A DNA stretch of 64,000 bases from Kudoa neothunni (GCA_964304625.1 OZ199840.1:6885252-6949251); one strand, 5' to 3'; shown: positions 1 through 13,907, numbered from the stretch's first letter. Program-made: numbers and translations. The notes: generated from the letters alone by a model not told the origin.

Positions 1-1774
1 ATATTATAAAATATCACTATTAAGGTAGTACATACTGCCATTAAGCCAAACCCCAATATCAGAGTTATTTTTCTTCTGAAACGAGTGACTGCAGGTGCCT
101 ATCAGTGAATATTGGATTTAACATAAAATTTGAGAATTCCAACTATAAGTATACAAATATGCAAGATCCTAGCAGTCCGGATCCAATTATCATGAGGGAC
201 TTGAGGTCTGGTCTTGTTACTTGCATATTTTTGAGAAGATTAGGACAAAACGCCATAACCGCATTTATCCCACTAAGTTGTTGCGCTGCATTGATAAATA
301 TGCAACTAATAGCAGCTAGTCGGAATTCCCCTCTTCTGAAAAGCTCAAGCATTGTGATATTAGAAGCTTTGGTATTTTCTTGATCAGCTGAGGTTTGGAT
401 TTTTTGTAAATATGACGGAGCATTATCACCATGAACATCCTTTAAAACTAAACAATTAATTCTATAAAGAATTCCATAAATCCAATAATAAGGGTTACTT
501 TTGAGGGTTTTAACAGGATCTTTATACTTCGAATATACAAAAATTGGACTCTCAGGAAGAATAAATGTTACCACTCCCAACACAATACTCAAACCAGTTG
601 TGATCAAATATGAAAATTGGTAAACAGACCCCATTGTTTCAGGGACAAGCAAACAGCAAATGGACAAAATTCCAAAGTTGATCAAAATTTGAACCATTGG
701 TTTTGCGTATTTAGCGTGTGAATCGTTCATCAGCTCAAACATATGAACCACCGCTGTCACCATGATGCCAGCTATCGAAAAATTTTTAAACATTGAAGCA
801 ACAACAACTTGATAAACTAACAAAAATTCACATACATGATCCAATGCCATCGAAAAATCTTCCCGCAATAAGGAGCCAGAATGATGTGTACACTGATATA
901 CATTTGAAAACTGAGCCAAGAATCACCGACACTATGTACAGATATGTGCCCTTTTTTCTACCCAAAGTGTTGACCACGAAGTTTGCACTTAAAGCACCAA
1001 CCAAGCCTCCCAATGGATAGAGACACACTGAACTTGCATAAGCCGTAGGAAAATCATTTCTTCGCACGTCTAATGGATTTCTTCCGTCTGAAAACCCCAT
1101 TTTGACTGAAAAATACCCCAATACTTCCTATGATGTAGATACTAATAAATACGTGCTCATCAATCAATAAAATATACATCTTCATTGAATAAAGCACTTA
1201 TATGGAAACCCATAATAAGAGGAGCAGTTAGTAAAAGAAAAGACAAAAGGTGATATTTGTTGAATCCTTCTGATTTCATCTCAGCTACGTCAGGTTGTGA
1301 TTCGGCAGCAGGAGCAGATTTATTAGCTTTGTCTAAATAATTATACGATTAGACATAGAAATAATAATTATATCGGATTTTTAATAATGCTTTGATATAA
1401 AATTTGGTTAATGAATGAAAGCATCAAATAAAAATCTACCGTTTATGTTTTGATCTTCTGATTCGGATTTTTTGTCATTGCTGGTGCTGCTTCTGCTTTT
1501 GCTACTGCTAGCGTCTTCTTCTTTAACAAGTTAATTTAGATTTTTATTTATAATTCCAATACGTTTGTTTATAGGCAAATAATATTACTTACCAGAGGAT
1601 ATTTGTGATTCTGTCGCCCTATCTTCACTTGATATAGAATCGTTGCTTTTTTCGTTATCACCTATCAAAAAGTAAAGTATATCAAAATAAAATACTATAT
1701 GTAAATTAATGAGAGCTAAATTAATTAACACGATCCTAGCTAAAATTAACATCAATTGAATTACTTCCAGACAT
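1..1774 (-). CDS. GLUT/SLC2-family (MFS sugar porter) facilitated hexose transporter; multi-exon, 3' end beyond the window
   Basis: Splicing GT-AG introns joins ATG 1774 (10-nt first coding exon), Ser/Glu-rich N-terminal exons and the ORF-track pieces 828-1121 and 143-919. Sugar-porter motifs GRKKG, AGRFFDGIG, PESP, QQLSGINAV and a second RRK loop in the exon at 1-95. Confidence 0.85.
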
Positions 1775-3832
1775 CTTATCTTTAACTTATTCGTTCACTC
1801 TAAATACGTATAGATTAATAGGTTTCTCACATAAAAAAATTAAAAATTTTTACTCAACAAGTCTAGAATGAAATAATAACTTCGTTATTAATCCCAAAAT
1901 GGAATTAACGTAATTACGTATTAATTCAGATTGAGGGGAACTTTATGTGGGTTAAAAATGAATTTTTACTATTATCTTGTATTTCTCTATATTGATGAGT
2001 TTTTAGGAAATAATAATGGTTAATCTTGGTTCATCCATTAAAACTTTACCATATTATTATGTTACGAAGAATCAATCAATTGATATCGTTTCTACCTATT
2101 GATTAAGATAGATAATACCTTCAACCTGTAACAAATAAAACATGTTTGGTGTTTTTTATAAATATACATATTTAGATCTAAGGAGTAAAATCATCAATAT
2201 GCGTTTTACAATAGTTAGAGTAAACTTGAGATTTTAATTTCATTAACCTTCCGAGCCAGCGTTGCCAGCCGTGTCCGATTTTTACACTTGTTCTTCGAAA
2301 TAACGAATAATTTTAAACCAATGTTTCAAAGATAAGAAGTTATTGCAAATTCAAAAAAACGGAATTTAATTTTTGCTGATTTCATTACGAGAAATCTTCG
2401 AGTAGAAAATTTTACACTTGAAACAATGCTTTATTCCAAATTGAAATGTTTGCAATAGAAGTTCACCAAACGCAAGATACGATTAGAAATTTTAATAATT
2501 CTTAAAGCCCACGTAATACAAAAATTTATCAAAATTAACACATTTTTAAATTTTATGCTCTTATCAAGACCAACATTTTGGATTTTTTACCATTATTAGC
2601 GGCAAGACAGTTTTATCATGACTATGAACCATTTTGGGATTATTACGAAGAGATTTTTGTATTTGAATTCTAAATGCTTGAATTTCAAAAAAGACTCTGA
2701 TGTTGGTGATAACCAATGCTAAGTTATTACAAGTGTCTGTTATCAATTTTCATAAAATTCTAATTTTAGGTATAACCTAGACAAATTAAAATTTAATTAA
2801 ATATTATCTACATGATTAATTTTTCTTAATTGTAACGAATAAATGGTCGCACATAAAAATAAAACCTCATCTAGGTATAGTTCAGATACGTGGCGTCAGG
2901 GTAAGCAGTGACTAACCGAGAGTACAAAACAACAACACAAATTTTCTTATAAAAAAAGTTTTTATTTAATTTAATCTTTTTATATTAATTTATCTTCGTA
3001 TTTTTCATAGAATAGTAAAACGTTTGATAATTTTCCGGCTGCATACGTTCGAACTAGCACTACCTCCAAGTCGCTCGATTAACTCCGCAGTCGCATCCAA
3101 AGCTAGCACTTGTCGCATGCGCCAGTTAACACATGGCGCTTTATTGGCCTCTGGAAGCACAATCTTCGCTTCCCCTCGAATACTTTCGGTTCAATATTCC
3201 AAATTAAAAATTTTATACAATTTTTTGATAACTTTTATTCGTTATTTTCTGTTTCAAGTTAATAAATTTGTTATCTTTTATTTATAGGAAAATTAGACAT
3301 TACACTTTACGGAGTAAATAATTTTTTAATGATTAAACTCTAATCGTTAATCCCTGTTTTGTTTACTTTAAAAATAGCCGTAGGAATCATGAATAATAAT
3401 AAATATTTTAAAGCATTTTCAAAACTTTCGTAGGAAGAAAAAATAACAATTATTTACTGGTGGAAGACCTACCCCAGAGCTTTCATAATTACAACAAAAG
3501 ATAGATCAAATTACCAGAACATTCAAAACTATCTGATACAACAAAAAGTAATGGTTATGTGGTTGTATTACAGAAAATAATAAATCGACTTTTTTGTTTC
3601 GCATGAATGCTTTTCTCAGCATCCTGCGAAAGTGTTTGGTTGAATGAAGGAGGTATTGTGACTTAAAAAATTTTTGACAGCTTCAGAACTCACGATAATC
3701 TAATACTGGGATAAAATCAGTGAGTGCTTACCTCAAGCAAATATCCACTCCACGTGTCTGATATACCGTAAGAAATCAATTCAAGTAATCCCCTCGGGAC
3801 CAAGAGACAAAATGCGTCAAATTGGTCACGTC

Positions 3833-4736
3833 CAGGGCGTCCAATGAGACTATCGGAAAAAAACCCGAGGTTTAACTCTCAAAAAACTCAAGATCACAAA
3901 GAAAACACAATAATATTATTAAAATAACAAAAATTATTATTTTAAACGTGTTATCTAATTATTATCGTCAATTGAATCGTCTTCATCATCTTCACAACCC
4001 TCAGTTAAGAAGTTTGATCTATTTTTCATGTGTTCAAGGTATCGTTGTCTCACAACATCGCTGCTCACGCCATGTATTAGTTTATTTGTTGGATGCGACA
4101 TCAAATACGTATTATTATTTCTTCTGATCAACTGCCTTGCGAGAAGTTTACATTTTACAGATTCGGCCTTTAATGAGTTGATGTATTTAGTTTTCATTCT
4201 GTTCATTAATGAAAAAATTTGTCCAGCATTTGCTGTAGCTGAAATTTCTGTCCTTAGCAACTTGATCAAGCCAATCTTTAAAATCTACTTGTAACCAATA
4301 TTAACTCGAGCACATATTATTCCACGCTCTTTTTGAATTCCATTTTAATTTTTATTCGTAAATTAAAATAATATACTTTAATAACTTCAAAATATGTTAT
4401 TAAAAATCTTGAAAATTTTAAGACAACGTCGATATACTCAAATACAATCATAGAATAATAAGAACAATTGATTAAATAACAATTATCCAAGAATCGGAAA
4501 ATAGCGCGCTGCCGACGACCGTGATATCGTTTTAAAATTTCGAATAATTTTAATTCTCTCTACTCTTAAAACAATAAATATGATTATTATACCTAATTCA
4601 AAAACTTTTATTTATAAACTGATCTCAAAAAATGCTAGAATCTACAAGTTTTGTAAAAAAATAAAAAAAACCCAAGAACCCGAGGTTAGTAGAAAAATCC
4701 AAGATCTTGGGAAAAACCCAAGGTTTGGACACCCTG
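3833..4736 (-). mobile_element. Internally deleted hAT-like DNA transposon
   Basis: Inverted termini CAGGGCGTCCAA / TTGGACACCCTG and repeated AAACCC(G/A)AGGTT subterminal motifs. ORF 3955-4269 resembles the hAT C-terminal dimerisation domain (ISATANAGQIFSLMNRMKTK..NSL). No intact TSD seen. Confidence 0.55.
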
Positions 4737-5773
4737 GACCAAATGGGTTACACGCCTGCGTGAGCCGCCATTTTTAACCACAAAAACTCCTATTTTTGGA
4801 TGATATATTGAATTAAATTTCATGAACAATAGTTCTACCTAAACAATATGATTTATAGCAATTCCGTAAATCATATGGATGGATATTTTTCGCGGGTTTT
4901 TCATACGTAAACATAATCACTTCTGACTCAGAAAAACTTTATTTAAATTCCATTCAACTTATCGTTTGACACATTTTATCCTGGCGTTAGGCTGAATCTC
5001 TTATATTCTCATTATCTAATATTCTCATTTCATATTTAAACGCAGGACGTCGAATGTTATGATCATAAGTAGTGAATGCTTATATTTGTTTATCAATTTT
5101 TTAGCTTAAGATGTTTAAAATTTTTCGTTATTATTATTTATTATTTTTACACTCATCACTTATCAATGTTAAGGAATAAATTATTTTCGCGTTTGTTATT
5201 AAATTCCCTCCGTCTTTAGCAATTTGGATCGTAATATTTATGCATAAAAAATCAATTTGAGGTAAATAATCTTAATATAAATAAAATTGTAAGTCTAATT
5301 TTGAATTTTGGCTTACTTTTCCGATTACTTTTTATATGAAAACTAATAATTGAACCTTTAAAGGATTATATGAATTAAAAACAAGAATTGTTTATTCGCC
5401 CCAAACGAATTAAATTTCTCGTGTGTAGTTTAGACCAGGACTGCCAGCGGGGGTTTACGAAAAACACAAGGATGGACGCTCAAAAAACCAAAGATAGAGT
5501 AAAAGCTAGTTTCAAGTACAACAAAAAAATAGAATCGCACCTGCTAACGTTTTTAATCTTCCGATTATATAATTACGTCCTCAGATATTAAATGTAAATT
5601 TATCGTCGTATTATTGTAATTTCTCGGCGCGAACATACACTCATGTAATGTCTGGCATAGATAAATATACACACAATTAATTCCTTTATATTTCAAAATT
5701 ATTTTGAAATAACGTTTAAATTTATAATGTACGACAATGTTTACTGTGTAATTATGTAAACGTGTCACGTTAA

Positions 5774-7108
5774 CCTTCCCAGCGCCTGAAAATTGACTTT
5801 ACACCTTCCTTCTTTTGGGATCTAATGGACCCCATATTTTTTTAACTTGAATTATGAGAAAATATGCAATAAGGAATTCACTAAAGTATGAGAGAAAATT
5901 ATACATAAAATACTGAAAAATGTCACAATTATCACACCGGCGGTTGTTAACGATCTTTACCGAAACATTTAAAAGGTTAAATTAGGCATCTAATTTAACA
6001 AGTTTAACGTTATTTTTTAAATTAATGCATTTTAATAAAAATGTATATCATTCCACATTCACAAAGTCTTATAAATTATTCTCTTTATAATTAATTTCTT
6101 AATAATCACGCCCAGTAAAACCCGCAATACATATTGTTTCAAAATAGATAAAATGTGAGCTATTTATATTATTTTAATTTTTAATGTTACAATATATCAC
6201 GCAAACAACTTTGAATTGCTTTTATTACAGTTGGTTCTACAAATATAAAAAAAGTTTCTTGCTTTCTTGTCTTGAGATCTTGAACAATAACAGCATCACT
6301 CGTGACAAAGAAATTCGAGTGATTATAATTTAGATTTGAGAATCAACATATAGACAAGGAGTCCAATATAAGCCAATAACTGTTGGTTCGCCATATCTTC
6401 AAATAATGCTGACAATTATAATTTCCAAAATCGCTAGTATTTGAAATAGCAGTTGAGAAAAAGACTCACCATAAAATATGAGGAATGCATCAACTAAAGA
6501 GGTTATTCAGTTTAAAGCGTTCGAATGTGAACCTTGAGATTTTGAAAGATATTACGTTTAGATCATTTAATCATTTGAAGTTTCTCAGAAAACCAATTAA
6601 CACCATCCTTATCTTTGTACATATTTCGATAACATTTATTACATTTAGGGACAATAGAATGACGTTAATAACCAAAGTATCGAAAGTTATCGTAAAATTC
6701 TTATATATCGGATTCAAATTCATCCAAAATATTATGCTCAGAATAATTTATGACGGCATTTCACTCGTCGAAAATGATCGGTATTTGGCGTACGCATAGT
6801 TTTTTAAAATTGCCTCTGCTTCCTCTTGATAACATTTTATTTAATTCTCAGAATTGTTGCAAATTATTTTTCATCGTTTGATAGAAAAATAAAGTTGGAT
6901 CCATTGGATCACAAAAGAAGGAATGTGTAAGTATATTGATTATTTCTTGACCTGAATTTACAAATTAAAATATTCTGTGATATTTTAATAGAACTCACAT
7001 TTTTAGGAGAATAGATGTGATTTTGAATTCAATGATGTAATATAAGATTCTCTAAAATTGATTCAAACATCCATTGGGGTCCAATGGACACCAAAGACGC
7101 TCTGAAGG
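5774..7108 (-). mobile_element. Non-autonomous piggyBac (internal deletion), same family as the element ending at 51530
   Basis: TTAA on both sides. TIRs CCTTCCCAGCG / CGCTCTGAAGG plus subterminal inverted repeats (~5800-5835 vs ~6895-6932). 6430-7108 aligns by eye with 50860-51530 and retains only a decayed transposase N-terminus. Confidence 0.8.
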
Positions 7109-7655
7109 TTAAAAATGCTAAATGAAACATTTCTAGTAAAATACAAATCAAACAGGAAAGAATGGATGATTAGGGAAACATTTAACAAATAACTTTATAA
7201 TTTTGATAATGTATTCAAAACGAAGTACAAGAGAGTTTTCTACTTCTTAGTAATGCTATTCACCACGCCGGAATTCATTAGTCCAATATCTCTCTTATAT
7301 TCCTTACAAAAAATTCAACTAGCGTTTTTCAGCCATTAGACCATGGAATCATTTTCACATTCAAATCAAACTACAAAAACAGTTTAGTAAAAAGTCATAT
7401 TGCTACAGTTAGCAGTGATATAAATACATCCTCCCAAGGTATGCTTCAAACATTTTTCCTAATTATAAATAATGGGACGGTGTTTCGAAGGATATTGTAT
7501 TGAACTGATTCAGAAAATATGAGTTTCCTGTAGCCGATAAATTCGAGCGTTCATTAAATATTAATTTAAGCAATAAAGAATTCTCAGCTGTAAATTCCGA
7601 GATTATTTAAGAGGAAGTAATTATGCCTACATCAAAACACTTTGACGAGCTTGCT

Positions 7656-8027
7656 GCTTCCGTGTCGGTGGGTCTCTGTTCCATATTTTGGAGCTGTGGT
7701 TAACGTGTACTCTCGCTGTGGAGTGGGACGCACTGGCAGCCAGATTTGCATGAATAGGAGTTTGAATCTCCGGAACCCATCGAAAGGCAAAGTAATTTGC
7801 AGTTCCCACAGAGCCAACGTCCTTAAAGGGATAGGGTTTGGGGTGGTGGTCGCACTGAGATGAGGATGTTTAATGGGTTAAAGTCCCACACTACCGCATA
7901 AAGATAAGCGACGGGGTTTCATGTTACGTCCTGCGGTACCTAAAGCGTTAATGGAAGAGGTCAGACCAACCCGAATTCCACAACCTAATAAGTTGCGCCA
8001 GGGGTTTTACCTTGTAAACAAAAAAAA
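7656..8027 (+). mobile_element. 5'-truncated SINE copy with A-tail
   Basis: Closely similar, in reverse complement, to 20160-20366 plus 22600-22772. Ends CTTGTAAAC(A)8 and lacks the tRNA-like head of the other copy. Confidence 0.8.
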
Positions 8028-8204
8028 TTCTGAAACTGAAGATTTAGGAGTGGCAGAATTTATATCAGAAAAAGATGTATTTAAATTTTTAAACAAGCAG
8101 AATAAATATACCACCGAGAGGAATTGATTATCTAGACGAACTAATGAGTTAAGATGATAAATTTACGACATACGTTTTTAAAAATATAGATAAAAATAAC
8201 ATTA

Positions 8205-9258
8205 GGCTAAAGTCCAATATCTGTGTCCGCGCTCGGTCAAAAAATACACCATCGGTAAAAGTCGGTATCAAATTTAAATTAATCGTATCCTCATAACTAG
8301 TTTAAATAATGTGCTTAATTCAATGCCACGATATTTTTTACGAAACATAAAATCGGATACATAATCACAGACTCCATCTGGTGTTTTATTTGTGGCCTTT
8401 CTATAGTGCCTTTTGAAAGCTCCCCACATCGCTTCTATTTTGTTTGTATGGACACCTTCATTTGAGACGAACCGGCGGTTGTGAATAACAGTTCCATGGG
8501 TGAAGCCTAGATCTTTCAAACGGTTGTATCCACGTCAGCCATCAGTCCAGATTATCGTCCCTTCTTCCACATTATCCAGAATAATCTTCTCAAAAACTTC
8601 CCTGTTTCTATATTAGGATATTTTAAAGAAGAAATTCCCATCTTTGTCAATCCCACCGATTATCCAATATTGCTGGTTTTTTAATATGCGCCCAACATTA
8701 TATTTTCTTGTTGTAATGGCGGTCTCATCAATTTGCACAATTTTACCGGGCCCTCCTATTTTTTGAAAATCTTCGTCTAATTTCAAGGTCATCAAATCCA
8801 AAATAATTGTTCTCCGCTCATAAATAGTAGATGATGACGAAATCGAAAGATTTCTTTTGATAGATTCGTAGGTTAAATTTGGTTCTTTTATTGTACAACC
8901 CATAAATAGAAACAATTCCCATAAAGGAAGTTTTGAATATTCAAATATGGTTCCAGTTCTAATTGACGTCCTTTTTTTACATACTATACATTTATTTTGG
9001 AATCCATCACTAGTATCATTCCTCGAAATTATTGCCAAACTTCCACCACAAGGACATTTAGAATGTGAATTTATTAACCCAAGAGATTGAATGTTCTTTA
9101 AGGAATATGATAGATCATCTCGAAAATAACTATATTCCATAAATGTAATTTGATCAATGCCCTCAAAAGTAAATATTTTTTTGAAATTATTCATTGCGCT
9201 AAATGAACGAAGTGTACCGAAAATTCACGAGCATGGACACACATACTGGACTTTAGCC
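8205..9258 (-). mobile_element. Merlin / ISXO2-like (IS1595-related) DNA transposon, ~1.05 kb, transposase disrupted
   Basis: 24-bp TIRs GGCTAAAGTCCA(A/G)TAT(C/G)TGTGTCC (22/24). Transposase pieces 8613-9194 and 8274-8519 carry a Zn ribbon (CPC..CIVC), IGGPGKIVQIDET, WIIGGID, IIWTDG and GVHTNKIEAMW. In-frame stops present. Confidence 0.9.
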
Positions 9259-10427
9259 ATATTTTTTTATTCTTGCATGTGCAGAAAGTTACGGAGAATC
9301 GGGTAACTGCTGGATATATAGATGGACCGGTCGTGCATAGCACCGCTCGTACTTACATTAGTTATTTTACATATTAAAAGGTTTTCTCGTATTTAAAATT
9401 TTTTAAAAAATGGTTTAATATTATTATTACTCGCTTTAAATAATTTATAAGCATAACTAATATGAAAAAATCAAAAATAAAAAGTCAATCGAGAATCGGT
9501 CGTACGTATCTTTTTGCTTTGACCGCGTGATTAAATTAAGCGTTTTCTTTTTTACCACGATTAAACGATTAATAAGTTTTTATAGTTACATCAGTGTGGT
9601 AGCTAGTTGAAAAATAAAGGATAAACATAGACACATGTTATAGATACATAGTAGTATGGATTATAATGATGTCCTCTCTAATTCAAAGAAATATCAATGG
9701 CGCAATGACAGTCACTCCCCAATAATTCAGAAACGGATGATGATTTTATTGATTAAAAATTGAGCCTTTCAGAGATGACCTTATTTTATTTAGAAAGGAT
9801 TGGCAACTATTTTAAGCATCATGGTTCAAAAAAGTGGGAGTTAATGTCTGATTCTATTCCAGATGTTTATTCATTTTTAAATCGTAATTGTAAACAAAAA
9901 AAATAATTTTTTTTCATAAACATTTAAGTTATAGCTAATTTTGTGTTTTAATATTTTTGTGTGTGCCTGCGCACAAAAGTACGTACTATCCGGCCGGGAC
10001 CGGTAGTACGTACAATTTCCTCGTCCTTAAGGAGATTACGTGCGACCGATCCATTATTGTATATATAATATAAAGATAAGCACTGATTACTGCGGAAGAT
10101 GAGAATATCTGCTAATATATTGCTTACATTCAATTTTTAATTTATTACAAATATTTAACCAATTGTTATATAAATTTATAAAACTAAAAATTTAGTACAA
10201 CCAATATTTTAGCGGATATTCCATCCGGTTGCAATAACCAGCCCTCACATGGGGATTAAAACATATCCGTTGTAATGTAATTGCCACACTGCCTGCTGAA
10301 AATTTTCTAAGTGCAGAACATCGAAATAATCCGACAAAGGAGTGCTTAAAGTCATGATCATAATGTTTTATTGACGAAATAGAAAGCGACGTGAATTGGA
10401 ATTGATACAATATTGATGAACAAAAAT

Positions 10428-11460
10428 CTACACGTCAGCGTTAGTAGCAATACCTTTTGCGGCATTTGCTTTAGCTGTTATATTGTCTGAATGGAAATGC
10501 AATTGAAGAAAAAATTGTTTCGAGTTGGCATTCCAGTAGGTCCAGAATTTTCCCTCTGATTTATCTATTTCATCGCTGGGAATCTAATCAACACAAATAA
10601 TAAGCTTGATTTAATCAGTCGCTAAATAATACTTTAAAAGCAACGGTCTCATATGGTTCGGCTGCAAAAAGCAGATACTGCCACATTTTTTCAGGGGGCT
10701 CGATACGTTGTTCATATGAGGACATAAAGCGATGTTTTGGGGTTATATTTTCTCCGATTTCTGGATAGTCAATCTAAGTCCACTTGATTAAAAAATGGAG
10801 ATTTCTGGGAGATACTTTACTTGAAAAAGAAGAGAGCCTTGGTTACATTGAGCATCAAATTGTTTCGTGACTAAAGACAACAAAAATATTTTTATAAACA
10901 CCGCAAAAACACACTTTTGTAGCCGGGTCTACCTATTTTGACAAATCTCTTAATAGGTACTTTGGGTCGTTCCTAGCGCAACTTATTTATAAAAACAAAA
11001 CGTTAACAAACGGAGAGTTTACAATCAGGGTAGGTGTAACTGCCAGCGAATCTTTGGATTCTCTGATAATTCTCTTTTTGCTAAGTTGTATAAAAATTAA
11101 CAATGTAATAGAAAACAATATCTACAGATTATCTTGATGTTTTTTTCCTTGGGTGTGAGCAAGATAGCTACCCTAAATTAGAAAATAAACAACAAGACAA
11201 AATTTTTCAAATACTTCATTGCTGTGTAATGTCAAACACAACTTGCATTCATAGGTTCCAAGATGATTTTTTATAAAGTATGGATCCTACAAAATATAAA
11301 TAGAATTTTAATATCGGTCTAAATTTGGTTATACTTTGTTAAGATCAATTGTTTCAAGAGCCAACTTTCGGAGTCTTTCTCTACGATCCTTGTTTGTTTC
11401 AGAGAAGGAAGCTACACCTCCGCCTCCAGTTCTCGAAACCACTCTATGTTGGTAGTCCAT
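10428..11460 (-). CDS. SF3A2: Splicing factor 3A subunit 2 (SF3a66/Prp11), 8 exons
   Basis: Manual splicing of 7 GT-AG introns (e.g. 11287-11334, 11173-11214, 11081-11125, 10973-11022) gives MDYQHR..DRRERLRKLALETIDLNKDPYFIKNHLGTYECKLCLTLHSNEGSYLAHTQGKKHQ..FVKIGRPGYK..IDYPEI..PKHRFMSSYEQRIEPP..WQYLLFAAEPYETVAFKIPS..GKFWTYWN..KQFFLQLHF. Absent from the ORF track. Confidence 0.95.
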
Positions 11461-11995
11461 TTTACTAAATTATCTGCGCACGCTTCTCGTTTGGACTTGT
11501 TGGTATTACCGATAGTGTTGCCTCATGCGAACAAAATTCTACGATTTTAAATAAATTTTTAGATAGCTTTAGAAATTTTTGAAATATAAGTGTTGTAGAC
11601 TAACCAACAATGACTATTTAACGGCAGCTTTACTTCTACGTTACATCACCCTTTTATTATTATCGGTCCTTTCGGACCACGCGTGTGTTATAATTGCTGC
11701 CTTTGGCGTGTCGTGTATAAATCATGCCAACAAGAACATATAATCGTCTTTAATATTATTGATTAATGGAGTAATTCCTTGTATTCTTCTCTCTCCTTAC
11801 GTACTTCACTTCAAAAAACTTTAAGCAAATTGAATTAGGCTTAAAATAATTAACAGCGCCTATTATTTCACATAAAAATGTATGATATATCTAATTTATT
11901 AAATTAGATATCTCTGTTGGAACCGAGGACATTTTTCAACTCGCTCAATCATTAGATAATAATACCAAAATTTCTTTTCGAAAAATTTAATTTAA

Positions 11996-13530
11996 CCCTC
12001 TAATTACATTGGGTTCAAAATGACCCCAGATTTTTATTGGATAAATTTTATTAATAAATTTTTATAATAACAATGGTGAAGTATTTAAAAAATCTAATGG
12101 CTGAATTTGGAGTAAAACGATATTATATACATTAATTAGTCTCATTTAATCTTCATTTCGCTCACGATCGCTGAATTAACAAAAAAGTGTCGTGTTTATT
12201 TTAAGAGTTAATATGGAAATAGTATTTTTGTATTATATTTTAACTATCCTAAATTATATGATAAAGCAATGATCTTGTTTTACTCAACATTATATAACAG
12301 TAATGCATGAGCAACTTAAATATTGTGCGCAATTTTATCGCGGGACGATGAGTGATGTTGAGATATCAAGTGGTGAATACGAATCGTCAGGAAATGAATT
12401 TAAAGATATTCTGTCTGAAATTTCTGAATCGTCAGATGAACTTTTGGAAACTGTTGAAACCGATAGCTTCACAACTAGTAAAAATGGAATCACCTGGAGT
12501 TTAACCAAACCTGTTGTTTCTAAAACATCAGCTAAAAATATAATGAACTCGCATCACGGTTCGACGGCCTATTGTTTACAGAGAGTTCGTAATATTTTTG
12601 GCTGTCTTTCCATAATGTTTACTACAAGTATTCGTGAAAGAATTATTGAATGTACAAACATTTTTGGGCGTAGCCATTTTAAAGAAAATTGGACTGACAT
12701 CGACTCCACAGATTTTGATGGATAATTCGGCATTCTTATCCTTATGTCTGTTCACAAGGATCAGTCGGAGCCAATGGCAGAATTGTTCAGTGTGTCTGAA
12801 GGCAGAGAAATGTATAGACAAATTTTTTCAAGGATAAGATTTTACCAAATCTCACAATCTCTTCATTTTGATGGTGTAAAAACTAGGTTAGAGAGAAGAA
12901 CCACGGATAAATCTTGTCCAATACGTGAGATGTGGAAAATATGGACACGAAAATTACCGAAATATTTCTACTCAAATCAAGACGACACAATTGACGAGCA
13001 GTTGGTTGCGTTCAAGGGAAGATGCCCTTTTGGCAATATATGCCTTTGAAACCAGCGATGTATGGCCTAAAGTTTTTTTTACTCGTTGACCCAATTGAAA
13101 AGTTTGTTTTAAATATCTCTCCGTACCTGGGTAAATATGGAAATAAGGAACGAAACTTAAATGTTGCTGAAGGTATTGTCCTATCATTCTCTGAACCGAT
13201 ACATCACTCAGGAAGAAATATCGTGGCTGACAATTTTTTTCTTTTTTTCCACTTGCATCAAAGCTACTACAAAAAAATCGGCATACCTGGGTATTATTCG
13301 ACACAACAAAAGATAACTTCCAACTTGAGTGCTTGCTTCAAAAAAAGAGAATTGTATAATACAACTTTTGTCTTTTTTGAGAAAAATATACTAACGTCGT
13401 ATGTCAATAAAAAAATAAAGCTGTCATTCTAATCTCAACTGGAACCTCCAATTTAAACATCCACGACATCTCACAAAAAACCCGAAATTATCATTTGCTA
13501 CAATAAAGCGAAGGATGGAGCAGGATGGCA
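11996..13530 (+). mobile_element. Decayed piggyBac (PGBD4-like transposase), right end not found
   Basis: TTAA-CCCT left end. Frameshifted ORFs 12303-13432 contain DDTIDEQLVAFKGRCPF, QYMPLKPAMYGLKFF and SGRNIVADNFF. Confidence 0.85.
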
Positions 13531-13907
13531 CAAGGTTCAAGAAAATTTGTCCGTGTCCGACATATTTAAAAAAATTGTCCGCGTCCGACCCTAAATAATC
13601 CATACATAAACAGCTGAGCGTGCGCACAGTCCTCAAAAAACCTTTGTACATTTAACCCTTTGAGGACAACCATAGGTTCCACGCGCCCACCTCAATATTA
13701 TTTTGTTGTCAAGTTGGTTACATTTAGAGTATTTTCGTCAGAACGTTTACCAATTTTACTACATTAATCGATAAATTATATTTTTTTAAGAAGTAGATCA
13801 AATTCTGGCGAAAATACTTAAAATATAACAAGTTGATTAACTAAATTAGTTTTAAAAATACAATAGGCAATCGATTTTTCGTACTTTTCGGAGTATGTGC
13901 GTCTTAA

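Noticed and set aside
6400-6860. Possible captured Zn-ribbon cargo gene inside a piggyBac-ended element
   Set aside because: The homologous copy at 50813-51300 continues into piggyBac core sequence. The YxDKDxxxW motif is the ordinary transposase N-terminus.
10192-10900. Apparent hAT-like remnant (ITAKANAAKG...)
   Set aside because: It resolves cleanly as the last exons and 3' flank of SF3A2.
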